Shown: positions 6,632 to 16,202 of the stretch, piece by piece
Position numbering within the stretch: the stretch's first letter is position 1
Layout of the letters: each line of letters opens with the position of its first letter
DNA from: a virus
Taxonomy: Duplodnaviria > Heunggongvirae > Uroviricota > Caudoviricetes
Reading direction: 5' to 3' (one strand)
DNA: 16,507 nt
IMG/VR virus record: IMGVR_UViG_2740892442_000006
Translations under genes and position numbers: made by a program
Notes under the pieces: model-generated
The model's input: the letters and a program-made list of their open reading frames with translations, nothing else
The model's database searches: none
What the model was told of the DNA's origin: nothing

Positions 6632-7795
6632 TTACACATCATTAGTACCTTCCTTATTTTTTGACTGGGACAAATTTGGGACCGATGGGTTCAGGATCGA
6701 GTCTATTTGCCGTGCGTGTTCGGTAAGGTGATTAGGTGCAAGGTGAGCATATCGACGAACCATTTCGATAGACTCCCACCCTCCCATTTCCTGTAACACT
6801 GACAACGGGACTCCGGCTTGAACCAGCCAACTTGCCCAGGTGTGTCTCAAGTCGTGAAATCTGAAATCATCAATACCAGCCCGTCTCAGCGCCGCTTTCC
6901 AGGCTGTGTTTGCGTCATACCGCATCTTCCTTACTGTTGGCGCTTTCGTTCCGTCTGGTTTGGTACAGCTTTCCTTGTACACAAATACCCAACGGTGATG
7001 ATTCCCGATTTGTTTTTTCAATACGCGACATGCAGTATCATTCAGCGCAACGCCAATTGCGCGGTTTGATTTACTCTCTTCCGGGTTTATCCATGCCACC
7101 CGGCGCTGCATATCTATTTGTTGCCATTCAAGGTTGATGATGTTCGAGCGTCTTAAACCTGTTGCCAGTGCAAATTCAACAACAGACTTTAATGGCTCCG
7201 GACATTCATCAATCAGCCTTTGTGCTTCATGGGGCTCCAGCCAGCGGATCCGTTTATTCTTTGGTTGAGGCACTTTAATAATTGGTGCCTTATCCAGCAT
7301 TTTCCATTCACGCTCTGCGGCTCTTAGTAGGGCCTTTATAAATGAAAGATGCGTAGCCTTCGTTGCAACGGACGCTGGTTTTGGCGTGTATTCTGGAACA
7401 GGTTTCCCTTTTTTTCTGCATGCTTCTGCCCTGAGTTTCCAGTTTTCCTCATGACGCCGGTTCGTCATTTTCTGCATTGCTGAATAAATTTTTGATTCAG
7501 TAATGTCTCTTAGTTGCATTCCTGCGAAATGTTGAAGCCAGAATCCGATCCGGCTTTTGTCATCGTCCAGTGATTTTTTATGTGCTTTCTCTTCAAGCCA
7601 CCTGACACACGCTTCCTCGAACGTTATATCAGGTATTTCACCAAGTTTGCTGACCCGCCATGCTTCAGCCTTTAGCTTGTCATGGAGTTCTGTCGCCTGC
7701 CTTTTGTCCTTTGTTCCAAGAGACTGTTTAAATCTTTTACCGTTCGGCAATGTGAAACTGGCGTACCATATTTCACCTCTGCGGAAGAGTGACAT
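6632..7795 (-). CDS. int: Lambdoid (P22/SfV/e14-type) phage integrase
   Basis: N-terminus [34 protein letters not shown] is typical of this enterobacterial prophage integrase group; catalytic [10 protein letters not shown]...VRRYAHL. GAGGAA RBS. The 3' end lies 15 bp from the tRNA-Thr fragment. Confidence 0.92.
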   Translation of the reverse strand: MSLFRRGEIWYASFTLPNGKRFKQSLGTKDKRQATELHDKLKAEAWRVSKLGEIPDITFEEACVRWLEEKAHKKSLDDDKSRIGFWLQHFAGMQLRDITESKIYSAMQKMTNRRHEENWKLRAEACRKKGKPVPEYTPKPASVATKATHLSFIKALLRAAEREWKMLDKAPIIKVPQPKNKRIRWLEPHEAQRLIDECPEPLKSVVEFALATGLRRSNIINLEWQQIDMQRRVAWINPEESKSNRAIGVALNDTACRVLKKQIGNHHRWVFVYKESCTKPDGTKAPTVRKMRYDANTAWKAALRRAGIDDFRFHDLRHTWASWLVQAGVPLSVLQEMGGWESIEMVRRYAHLAPNHLTEHARQIDSILNPSVPNLSQSKNKEGTNDV

Positions 7796-8022
7796 TTTCT
7801 TTCCTCTGTTATGCCATCACCCGCGCTCACCTGGACAGTATGCAGCGGAGACTGAAGAGCCGCAATGCAGGCTTGTCGTGTTGTGAGGTAAGGAGATTTA
7901 TTCTTAGTGGGATCTTTGCGTGTTGCCTGAAGACGCCCTGTGCGTATCCAGTTAATGGCAGTCGGTCTGGATATCTTGAGAAAATGACAGGCCTCATCGA
8001 GTGTGAGGCTGTATGGCTCCAT
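7672..8022 (-). CDS. xis: Excisionase / AlpA-like HTH protein (about 117 aa from the ATG at 8022)
   Basis: [31 protein letters not shown] is a helix-turn-helix excisionase-like N-terminus. The ATG overlaps the upstream stop (ATGA). The 3' end overlaps the integrase start by about 124 bp in another frame, so the true stop is uncertain. Confidence 0.6.
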   Translation of the reverse strand: MEPYSLTLDEACHFLKISRPTAINWIRTGRLQATRKDPTKNKSPYLTTRQACIAALQSPLHTVQVSAGDGITEERKCHSSAEVKYGTPVSHCRTVKDLNSLLEQRTKGRRQNSMTS

Positions 8023-8327
8023 TATTTCACCTCTTGCTGTGACATTGTTGAAAAATGGATACCAGCTCGTTGCTGCCAGACGATCCAACCGAGAGTCATA
8101 TCCCATGCCATGTATTCGTTATCGCCGTTTTTTGCTCTCCGACGATCTACTAAGTCACCGAAACGCTTTTCCATGAATAATTCATAAGCTTCGCGTTCAT
8201 CTGGTTCTACTTCCAGCGATAGGAGTGCGATTTCATAAGCACGGCGCTCAATATCGTCTCGCACGTCAAGGCTGCTGATACGCTCTTTAATTTCTTTAAT
8301 CAGTTCTTTGTCGGTAAAAGTGATCAT
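8022..8327 (-). CDS. Hypothetical prophage early protein (101 aa)
   Basis: Coding-like codon usage; start overlaps the upstream stop (TAATG) and its stop overlaps the xis start, indicating one coupled operon. Confidence 0.65.
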   Translation of the reverse strand: MITFTDKELIKEIKERISSLDVRDDIERRAYEIALLSLEVEPDEREAYELFMEKRFGDLVDRRRAKNGDNEYMAWDMTLGWIVWQQRAGIHFSTMSQQEVK

Positions 8328-8689
8328 TATGCTCCAGCCTCCGGTGCTTTTGGCATTATTGCCCAGTGAGTGATATTGACGTTTTCAAGGTCCCCGACCT
8401 GAAATGTCCACTGCCATTCTCCGGTTTCTTTTTGTCCCCAGGTGTACCAGAGAGAACGCCTGCCAATTAGCCAGCCTTCTCCGTTAGCATCGAATAACAA
8501 AACACTTTCATTTGCTGGTGGCAGTTCAGCTGACACTGGTATTACTTTGTTTTCCTGTGCTGCACATTTAGCTTCAAGCGCATCGAATTTACGCACCAGG
8601 TATTCAGCATCTGTTTCATTTACTTTCAGATCTCGCGGTACACATCTCCCACGAAGAAACCCTTCCATTTCGAAAACATTCATGCGCAT
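8327..8689 (-). CDS. Hypothetical prophage early protein (120 aa)
   Basis: ORF in the same minus-strand operon, overlapping both neighbours by a few bases. Confidence 0.65.
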   Translation of the reverse strand: MRMNVFEMEGFLRGRCVPRDLKVNETDAEYLVRKFDALEAKCAAQENKVIPVSAELPPANESVLLFDANGEGWLIGRRSLWYTWGQKETGEWQWTFQVGDLENVNITHWAIMPKAPEAGA

Positions 8690-9243
8690 TTGCGTAACTC
8701 CGATAACTCGTTAAAACGTTCCATAAACATCCCGTAGGCATGGCCCGGTGCCTGTGGAATCACTTTGAACATCTCTGTTGCCGGGATACCTTCCAGTACA
8801 GGCCAGAAAGAGCCATCATCAAGCCCGAGATCGCGGCGTTCGGTTGCCAGCATAATGAGATCGGCATATTTCACTGGCGTGCTCATAACAGGAGGTAACC
8901 CGTATTTCTCACGTATTACGGCGTCTATTTTTTCTTCCATCCGTTTATAGTCAGGAAGAAGTCGTTTCAGTGGTGCGGGGATGTCCTGGCAATATGCTTC
9001 TGTTGCATCATGCATTAAAGCTTCAAAAGCAAATTCCTGTGGCACCAGCTGGCTGCAAAGCACCGCATGTTGGGCGACACTGTAGAAGTGTGAAAGATGT
9101 CCTGCAAAGCGACAGATATTTGAAAGGGAAACCGCGATATCGTTAATAACGATGTCGTCTTTATTTATCCTGTCATAATAAAAATGCTTCCCGGAAAAAG
9201 TTTTAATAAATGACATTTTGTTCTCCACGTATATGCGCTGCAC
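8680..9243 (-). CDS. HD-domain phosphohydrolase (YfdR-like, as found in enterobacterial prophages)
   Basis: Ordered H...HD motifs (SVAQHAVLCSQL then ALMHDATEAY) in a protein of about 187 aa; first gene of the leftward operon ending in xis and int. Confidence 0.65.
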   Translation of the reverse strand: MQRIYVENKMSFIKTFSGKHFYYDRINKDDIVINDIAVSLSNICRFAGHLSHFYSVAQHAVLCSQLVPQEFAFEALMHDATEAYCQDIPAPLKRLLPDYKRMEEKIDAVIREKYGLPPVMSTPVKYADLIMLATERRDLGLDDGSFWPVLEGIPATEMFKVIPQAPGHAYGMFMERFNELSELRKCA

Positions 9244-9340
9244 CGCGCTGAATTCGGGTAAAAGGAAGCCCTCACCGTCCGGCGATTATTGAGTCAATTA
9301 CATTTCCATAAATGCCCCCGTAGGGCGGTTAGTTTCTCCA

Positions 9341-9427
9341 CAAAACAGAGAAGAACACCTGCGGTGGCAGCCGCCCGGATGGATTGGGTTATGAGCCCGT
9401 CGTCCGGTGATGCTCTTCTCTGTTTTG
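9341..9427. repeat. Inverted repeat: 17-bp arms (CAAAACAGAGAAGAACA at 9341-9357 and its complement at 9411-9427, one mismatch) around a 53-bp spacer
   Basis: Read directly, in the 435-bp region between the divergent minus-strand and plus-strand prophage operons. Confidence 0.7.
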
Positions 9428-9473
9428 TAAAAAGGACGGTATCCGCCTGACGGCTAATCAGGCATATCACCAG

Positions 9474-9677
9474 ATGGTGAAGCTGGGGATCGTCGAGCAG
9501 CGCGAACGATACAGCCGTACCGCGATTAACAACATCAAAAAATTCTGGTCGCTGACAGCGAAAGGCTGCATGTTCGGCAAGAACATCACCAGTCCTGCAA
9601 ATCCGCGCGAGACGCAGCCGCATTTCTTCGAATCCCGATTCCCTGAGCTGTTAAAGCTGCTCGATACCGTTCATTGA
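9474..9677 (+). CDS. Possible small ORF (67 aa) just upstream of the DUF968-like gene
   Basis: ATG start, coding-like third-position bias, stop 1 bp before the next gene; no recognisable family. Competes with a minus-strand ORF that I rejected. Confidence 0.3.
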   Translation: MVKLGIVEQRERYSRTAINNIKKFWSLTAKGCMFGKNITSPANPRETQPHFFESRFPELLKLLDTVH

Positions 9678-9678
9678 G

Positions 9679-10674
9679 GTGACCGTGAGAGCACTACTGA
9701 CCCCTGAAATAGCCCCGCGTATGGGGATCGTATTGTTCAGACCCGGTTCAGAGCTGATGCCCCTGTTTATGCAGGGGCGTGTCCTGCTGGAGCCTGAGCC
9801 GGAACGTTATTCATCTTTCGCCAGTGGTGCCGTTCCCGCGGCATCACAACCGCTGGCGGATGATCCTGCCGTTCGAGCCGTGTTCTGCAATGAGGCAGTG
9901 ATCCGTCGTGCTGGTGGCGTGGAATGTCTTGAAAGCTGGTTACTTCGTGAAAAGGGCTGTCAGTGGCCTCATTCCGACTGGCACAGCGAGAACATGACCA
10001 CAATGCGACACGCGCCGGGCGCGATCCGTCTGTGCTGGCACTGCGATAACCAGCTGCGCGATCAGTTCACGGAACGGCTGGAATCAATGGCAACGGATAA
10101 CTGTGCCCGCTGGGTGTTGTCTGTTGTGCGTCGGGATCTCGGTTTTGATGACAGTCACGTTGTGACAATGCCGGAACTGTGCTGGTGGCTGATTCGTAAT
10201 GACCTGGCGGATGCCTTACCGGAAAGTGCAGCCCGTAAGGCACTGAGATTACCGAAGCCTGTTGTGCCGTCTGTCACCCGGGAAAGTGACCTTGTGCCTT
10301 CGGTTCCTGCCACCAGCATCATCCAGGATAAGGCGAAAAAGGTGCTGGCGCTGAAAGTGGATCCGGAGTCGCCGGAGTCTTTTATGTTACGCCCAAAACG
10401 TCGCCGCTGGGTTAATGAAAAGTACACGCGCTGGGTTAAGACACAGCCGTGTGCATGTTGTGGAAAGCCTGCTGATGATCCCCACCACCTGATAGGCCAC
10501 GGTCAGGGTGGGATGGGTACAAAAGCGCATGACCTCTTTGTGTTGCCTTTGTGCAGAAAGCATCACGACGAGCTGCATGCGGATACCGTGGCATTTGAAG
10601 AGAAGTATGGCTCCCAGCTGGAGCTGATATTTCGTTTTATCGATCGTGCGCTGGCAATAGGCGTACTGGCGTAA
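9679..10674 (+). CDS. Prophage protein with a C-terminal HNH-like Cys/His cluster (DUF968-like)
   Basis: 331-aa ORF with a GTG start. C-terminus CACCGKPADDPHHLIGHGQGG...CRKHHDELH is a zinc-finger/HNH-type signature. Sits immediately upstream of Q, as in the nin region of lambdoid phages. Confidence 0.65.
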   Translation: MTVRALLTPEIAPRMGIVLFRPGSELMPLFMQGRVLLEPEPERYSSFASGAVPAASQPLADDPAVRAVFCNEAVIRRAGGVECLESWLLREKGCQWPHSDWHSENMTTMRHAPGAIRLCWHCDNQLRDQFTERLESMATDNCARWVLSVVRRDLGFDDSHVVTMPELCWWLIRNDLADALPESAARKALRLPKPVVPSVTRESDLVPSVPATSIIQDKAKKVLALKVDPESPESFMLRPKRRRWVNEKYTRWVKTQPCACCGKPADDPHHLIGHGQGGMGTKAHDLFVLPLCRKHHDELHADTVAFEEKYGSQLELIFRFIDRALAIGVLA

Positions 10675-10687
10675 GTGGAGAACGAGC

Positions 10688-11416
10688 ATGAACCTTGAAG
10701 CTTTACCAAAATATTACTCCCCAAAATCTCCAAAATTGAGTGATGACGCACCGGCGACAGGCTCGGGTGGTTTAACAATTACAGATGTGATGGCTGCGCA
10801 GGGGATGGTGCAGTCGAAAGCACCGCTTGGGTTTGCCTTATTCCTGGCAAAAGTTGGTGTTCAGGATCCTCAGTTTGCGATTGAAGGTCTGCTCAATTAC
10901 GCGATGGCACTGGATAACCCGACATTGAACAAATTGAGTGAAGAAATCCGGTTACAGATCATCCCTTACCTTGTGAATTTTGCCTTTGCTGATTATTCCA
11001 GGTCTGCGGCAAGTAAGGCTCGCTGTGAGCATTGTGCTGGTACTGGATTTCATAATGTATTGCGCGAGGTGGTGAAACACTCCAGAAGCGGGGAATCTGT
11101 TATCAAGGAAGAGTGGGTGAAGGAACTATGTCAGCATTGTCATGGTAAGGGAGAAGTCAGCACAGCGTGCAGAGGGTGTAAGGGTAAAGGTATTGTCCTG
11201 GATGAAAAAAGGACCCGGCTTCATGGCACGCCTGTTTATAAGATTTGTGGGCGTTGCAATGGAAACCGATTTAGCCGTTTACCAACCACACTGGCGCGGA
11301 ATCATGTCCAGAAGCTGGTACCAGACCTGCCGAAGATCTGGGAAAAGTCACTTTCCGCCCGTCCATCACGGCTTATGTGGTGGGAGATGACTGCTTTGAC
11401 CAGCGCGATCGCCTGA
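10688..11416 (+). CDS. Q: Late-gene antiterminator Q homolog (lambda Q family); C-terminus probably altered by a deletion junction
   Basis: N-terminus MNLEALPKYYSPKSPKLSDD...TDVMAAQGM parallels lambda Q as I recall it, followed by CxxCxGxG zinc-finger repeats. The last ~30 codons overlap an N-like reading frame. Confidence 0.75.
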   Translation: MNLEALPKYYSPKSPKLSDDAPATGSGGLTITDVMAAQGMVQSKAPLGFALFLAKVGVQDPQFAIEGLLNYAMALDNPTLNKLSEEIRLQIIPYLVNFAFADYSRSAASKARCEHCAGTGFHNVLREVVKHSRSGESVIKEEWVKELCQHCHGKGEVSTACRGCKGKGIVLDEKRTRLHGTPVYKICGRCNGNRFSRLPTTLARNHVQKLVPDLPKIWEKSLSARPSRLMWWEMTALTSAIA

Positions 11417-12531
11417 TTGACGCGCTGAATAAACCCGGTCCCGGCACGCTTGTCCACCCGACATACGGTGAGTTGAAAGTCTGTGTTGACGGGGAAGTTC
11501 GGGTCAGCACATCGAAGAGTGAAGGGCGTATTGTCCGCTTTGACCTGAAGTTTGTCGAAGCGGGAGATCTCTCTTACCCCACATCAGGCGTGGCGACGGC
11601 GCAGACGCTGATGTCATCCTGTTCTGCACTGGATGACTGCATCAGTGACAGCTTCAGCGGTTTCAGTATCGATGGCGTGGCAGATTTTGTGCAGAACGAC
11701 GTCGTCGGTAATGTCGGCACAATGCTTGGGTATGTTTCTGATGCGATGAAAGTGGTGGATTCTGCCGTATCGGATGCCGCCAGGCTGTTGCAGGGGGATA
11801 TCTCGGTACTTCTTCCGCCGCCATCGTCAGGCAAAAATTTCGTTGAGCAGGTGCAGAAAATGTGGCGTACCGGGAAACGCCTTTATGGTAACGCCAGCGA
11901 CCTGGTCACCATGATCAAAACGCTTTCCGGTGTCAGCCTTGGCAGCGATCTGCAACCGCGCGGCGTCTGGAAAACGGACAGTAAAACCACCGCCACGGCG
12001 ACGCAGCAGCGTAACGTGGTTGCCAGCACCCTTCGTACGACCGCAATCAGCGAAGCGGCGTATGTCGTCACACGATTGCCTGCGCCCACAACTTCCGCGG
12101 TGATGCAGAATGCCACAGTGGGGCAGTCAACAACACCCGCGCAGAGCACCGGCTGGCCTTCTGTCACGCATCCGGCACTGAACAATGCACCGGCGGTGAA
12201 AAACACGGTTGACCTGCCAACGTGGGAAGAACTGACCGACATTCGCGACACACTGAATACGGCAATTGATAAGGAGTTGTCCCGTACAACCAGTGATGCG
12301 CTGTTTCTGGTGCTGCGCCGGGTGAAAGCAGATCTGAATGCGGATATCAACACGCGCCTTGAACAGTCTGCACGGATCATTCAGCGCACGCCGGATGAGG
12401 TTTTACCCGCGCTGGTGCTGGCGGCGACCTGGTTTGATAACGCGGCGCGTGACGCGGACATTATCCGGCGTAATGCCATTACGCATCCCGGCTTTGTGCC
12501 GGTGATCCCTCTGAAGGTGCCAGTGCAATGA
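11377..12531 (+). pseudogene. Mu gp43 (N)-like DNA circularization / tail protein, 5'-truncated
   Basis: Similar in length and position to Mu N, but about 100 residues shorter than I recall for the family. The frame is open from 11275 and overlaps the Q 3' end. GTG start only. Stop overlaps the next start (ATGA). Confidence 0.6.
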
Positions 12532-13606
12532 ACGACAATGTCACGCTACGGGTAAATGGCCGGGAGTGGAATGGCTGGACATCGGTGCGCATCGGTGCCG
12601 GTATTGAACGGCTGGCGCGGGATTTCAGTGTGGAGATCACCCGCCAGTGGCCGGGAGATGAGGGTATCACCACGCTTCAGCCGCGCATTAAAAACGGTTC
12701 AAAAGTGGAAGTGCTGATTGGTGATGAGCTGGTGATCACCGGCTGGGTGGAGGCGACGCCCGTTCGTTACGATGCCCGTTCGGTCAGCACCGGTATTGCC
12801 GGACGTAGTCTGACGGCTGACCTGATTGACTGTGCAGCCGAACCGACACAGTTTAACGGACGCTCGCTGGTGCAGATTGCGCAGGCGCTTGCTGCGCCTT
12901 TCGGCATTGAGGTGGTGAACAGCGGTGCGCCGTCGGGTGTTATTCCTGATGTTCAGCCTGATCACGGTGAAACGGTGATTGAGGTAATAAACAAAATACT
13001 CGGTCAGCAGCAGGCGCTGGCTTACGACGACCCGCACGGCAGGCTGGTGATTGGCGGTATTGGCTCAACGCGGCACATACCGCGCTGGTACTTGGGGAAA
13101 ACATCCTTTCCTGCGATACGGAGAAGAGTATCCGGGAGCGGTTTTCTGTTTACCAGGTGGCGGGGCAGCGTGCCGGAAACGACGATGATTTCGGTGAGGT
13201 CACCACCACCGCGCTGCGGGCCCGCACAGAGGACGCATTTATTGCCCGTTACCGTCCGATGTATATCAGGCAGACAGGGCAGGCCACGGGGGCAGGCTGT
13301 ATTGCGCGTGCTGACTTTGAAGCCCGACAACGGGCGGCGCGGACGGATGAAACCACCTATGTGGTGCAGGGCTGGCGACAGGGTAACGGTACGCTGTGGC
13401 AGCCCAACCAGCGGGTGATTGTCTTTGATCCGGTCTGTGGTTTCGACAATACCGAACTGCTTGTCTCGGAAGTCACGTTTACTCAGGACCAGAACGGCAC
13501 CCTGACGGAAATCCGTGTCGGCCCGCCTGATGCTTATCTGCCTGAACCCGAAGCCCCCGGCGCGCGGAAAAAGAAAAAAGCCAGAGTACAGGAGGACCCG
13601 TTCTGA
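12528..13606 (+). pseudogene. Mu gp44 (P)-like baseplate hub / tail protein, interrupted by a frameshift near 13065-13080
   Basis: Frame 0 (12528-13418) and frame 2 (open upstream of 13157, to 13606) each read like protein: ...GGIGSTRH then ...TALVLGENILSCDTEKSIRERFSVYQVAGQ... The combined length of about 359 aa fits the family. Confidence 0.6.
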
Positions 13607-14154
13607 TGAGGACGATTGAAGCCATGCAGCGACAACTTCTCGGCCTGATTGCGCGGGCAGTGGTGAAAAGCATCAGTGCCGCCACGAAATGTCAGACCGT
13701 GGATGTGTCCCTGATTGCCGGTGAACCCAAAGCCGGGGTTGAACATCTTGAACCCTACGGTTTTACCGCAAGGGCAAACAGCGGCGCGGAAGCGGTGGTG
13801 TTGTTTCCGGATGGCGACCGTTCTCATGCGGTGGTTGTTACGGTGTCGGACCGGCGCTACCGCCTGAAAGGGTTGCAGACGGGTGAGGTGGCTGTCTATG
13901 ACGATCAGGGGCAGTCTGTGACGCTGACCCGGGAGGGGATCGTGGTGGACGGTGCAGGTAAAACGATCACGTTTCGCAATTCACCTAAAGCACGTTTTGA
14001 AATGGACCTGGAAGTGACAGGACAGGTGAAAGACCTGTGCGACTCCAGCGGCACTACCATGTCAGCGATGCGGCTTGCCTATAACGGGCATCGTCACAGA
14101 GAGAACGGTCAGGGCAGTAACACCGACAAACCGGATAAAGCGATGGAGGCATGA
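13606..14154 (+). CDS. Mu gp45-like baseplate assembly / spike protein (gpV-like)
   Basis: About 182 aa, translationally coupled to its neighbours (TGATG upstream, ATGA downstream); position and size match a Mu-type baseplate module. Confidence 0.65.
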   Translation: MRTIEAMQRQLLGLIARAVVKSISAATKCQTVDVSLIAGEPKAGVEHLEPYGFTARANSGAEAVVLFPDGDRSHAVVVTVSDRRYRLKGLQTGEVAVYDDQGQSVTLTREGIVVDGAGKTITFRNSPKARFEMDLEVTGQVKDLCDSSGTTMSAMRLAYNGHRHRENGQGSNTDKPDKAMEA

Positions 14155-14579
14155 TGGAACTGTGGCTGACGGTGAACGGTAAACGCACCTGCGCCAGCGC
14201 ACCGCTGGATCCGCTGACCCGCGCCGTGGTGATTTCCCTGTTTACCTGGCGGCGGGCGGAGCCTGATGACAACGCCGACGTCCCGATGGGATGGTGGGGG
14301 GATACCTGGCCTGCGGTACAGAATGACCGTTACGGCTCCCGACTGTGGCTGCTTCAGCGCAGCAAACTGACCAATCAGCTGGTGCAGACAGTAAGGGGGT
14401 ATATCCGCGAATGCCTGCAATGGATGATTGATGACGGCGTGGTGTCCCGTATTGATCTGGATATCCGCCGCACCGGGATTAATGAGCTGGGTAACAGTAT
14501 CACCCTCTGGCGTCGTGACGGACCGGTAATGATTTCTTTTGATGATCTGTGGAGTGCGATAACGCATGGCGGACAGTGA
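14151..14579 (+). CDS. Mu gp46-like baseplate protein
   Basis: About 142 aa, overlapping both neighbours; order gp45-gp46-gp47-gp48 is conserved. Confidence 0.65.
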   Translation: MMELWLTVNGKRTCASAPLDPLTRAVVISLFTWRRAEPDDNADVPMGWWGDTWPAVQNDRYGSRLWLLQRSKLTNQLVQTVRGYIRECLQWMIDDGVVSRIDLDIRRTGINELGNSITLWRRDGPVMISFDDLWSAITHGGQ

Positions 14580-15624
14580 ATTTCAGCGCCCGACGCTGGC
14601 AGAAAATATCAGTATGCTCCGTAACGATTTATTCGCCAGGCTGGACGTCAGCGACACGCTCCGGCGCATGGATGAAGACGTGCGGGCAAAGGTGTATGCG
14701 GCGGCGCTGCATACGGTTTACGGGTACATCGATTATCTGGCAATGAACATGCTGCCTGACCTGTGCGATGAGTCCTGGCTGGCGCGACATGCTGCGATGA
14801 AACGGTGTCCGCGCAAGGGGGCCACGGCTGCCAGCGGGTATATGCGTTGGGAAGGTGTCAGCGATGGCCTGAAGGTGACCGCCGGGAGTGTTATTCAGCG
14901 CGATGACCTGGTTCAGTACACGGCAACTGCCGATGCAACCAGCTCCGGTGGTGTCCTGCGCGTGCCGATCGCCTGCTCAAGTGCAGGCGCGGTCGGTAAC
15001 GCTGACGACGGTACGTCATTAATCCTGGTCACGCCGGTTAATGGTCTGCCGTCTTCCGGCGTGGCAGATACCCTTACAGGCGGATTTGATACTGAAGAGC
15101 TGGAAACGTGGCGCGCCCGCGTCATTGAGCGGTATTACTGGACGCCTCAGGGCGGGGCTGACGGGGACTATGTCGTCTGGGCTAAAGAAGTGCCCGGCAT
15201 TACCCGCGCATGGACATACCGTCACTGGATGGGAACGGGAACTGTCGGTGTGATGATTGCCAGCAGTGACCTGATTAATCCCATTCCGGAAGAATCAACG
15301 GAAACGGCAGCAAGACAACATATCGGGCCACTGGCCCCGGTGGCAGGCTCTGATTTGTATGTATTCAGGCCGGTGGCACATACGGTGGATTTTCATATCC
15401 GCGTGACGCCGGACACACCGGAAATACGGGCTGCCATTACCGCGGAGTTGCGTTCGTTCCTGCTGCGTGATGGTTATCCGCAGGGAGAACTGAAGGTATC
15501 GCGTATCAGTGAGGCGATTTCCGGTGCGAACGGGGAATACAGCCATCAGTTGCTTGCACCGGTGGACAATATCTCCATTGCGAAAAACGAACTGGCGGTA
15601 CTGGGGACGATTTCATGGACGTGA
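14566..15624 (+). CDS. Baseplate J-like protein (Mu gp47 / e14 JayE-like)
   Basis: About 352 aa, in the expected position between the gp46-like and gp48-like genes. Confidence 0.7.
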   Translation: MADSEFQRPTLAENISMLRNDLFARLDVSDTLRRMDEDVRAKVYAAALHTVYGYIDYLAMNMLPDLCDESWLARHAAMKRCPRKGATAASGYMRWEGVSDGLKVTAGSVIQRDDLVQYTATADATSSGGVLRVPIACSSAGAVGNADDGTSLILVTPVNGLPSSGVADTLTGGFDTEELETWRARVIERYYWTPQGGADGDYVVWAKEVPGITRAWTYRHWMGTGTVGVMIASSDLINPIPEESTETAARQHIGPLAPVAGSDLYVFRPVAHTVDFHIRVTPDTPEIRAAITAELRSFLLRDGYPQGELKVSRISEAISGANGEYSHQLLAPVDNISIAKNELAVLGTISWT

Positions 15625-16199
15625 CAAACGATGATTACATCCGCCTGTTATCGGCACTGTTGCCGCCCGGTCCGGCGTGGTCAGCCAGCGATCCGGCGAT
15701 TGCCGGTGCGGCACCGTCATTAACCCGTGTTCATCAGCGTGCGGATGCCCTGATGCGGGAGCTGGATCCGCGCACCACCACTGAACTGATAAACCGCTGG
15801 GAGCGTCTGTGCGGTCTGCCGGATGAATGTATTCCGGCGGGAACGCAGACCCTTCGCCAGCGTCAGCAACGGCTGGATGCGAAGGTTAACCTGGCGGGCG
15901 GCATCAACGAGGATTTTTATCTTGCACAGCTTGCTGCCCTGGGCAGACCAGATGCCACCATCACGCGATACGACAAAAGCACGTTCACCTGCTCATCGGC
16001 CTGTACTGACGCGGTGAATGCGCCGGAATGGCGGTATTACTGGCAGGTCAACATGCCAGCCGCCACCAACACCACCTGGATGACATGTGGCGATCCCTGT
16101 GATTCCGCACTGCGTATCTGGGGTGACACCGTTGTCGAGTGTGTGCTTAACAAACTCTGCCCGTCGCATACCTACGTAATTTTTAAATATCCGGAGTAA
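15615..16199 (+). CDS. Mu gp48-like tail protein (DUF2313 / YmfQ-like)
   Basis: About 194 aa; N-terminus [23 protein letters not shown] resembles the YmfQ family as I recall it; immediately precedes the tail fiber gene. Confidence 0.65.
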   Translation: MDVTNDDYIRLLSALLPPGPAWSASDPAIAGAAPSLTRVHQRADALMRELDPRTTTELINRWERLCGLPDECIPAGTQTLRQRQQRLDAKVNLAGGINEDFYLAQLAALGRPDATITRYDKSTFTCSSACTDAVNAPEWRYYWQVNMPAATNTTWMTCGDPCDSALRIWGDTVVECVLNKLCPSHTYVIFKYPE

Positions 16200-16202
16200 T
16201 CC

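Noticed and set aside
5705-8187. Antisense ORFs overlapping the integrase and excisionase genes (5705-6013, 5960-6142, 6206-6412, 6818-7069, 6910-7137, 7557-7886, 7789-8187)
   Set aside because: They lie opposite genes with clear catalytic motifs and show no independent support.
9294-9623. 109-aa minus-strand ORF in the region between the divergent prophage operons
   Set aside because: Arginine-rich composition typical of an antisense frame in GC-rich DNA; it spans the inverted repeat and conflicts with the plus-strand small ORF. Not excluded, but unsupported.
9767-15546. Alternate-frame and antisense ORFs within the DUF968-like, Q and tail genes (for example 9767-10003, 10155-10427, 10387-10689, 11142-11390, 11883-12380, 13534-13827, 14109-14567, 15295-15546)
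   Set aside because: All overlap longer ORFs that are translationally coupled to their neighbours; high-GC DNA produces long spurious open frames.
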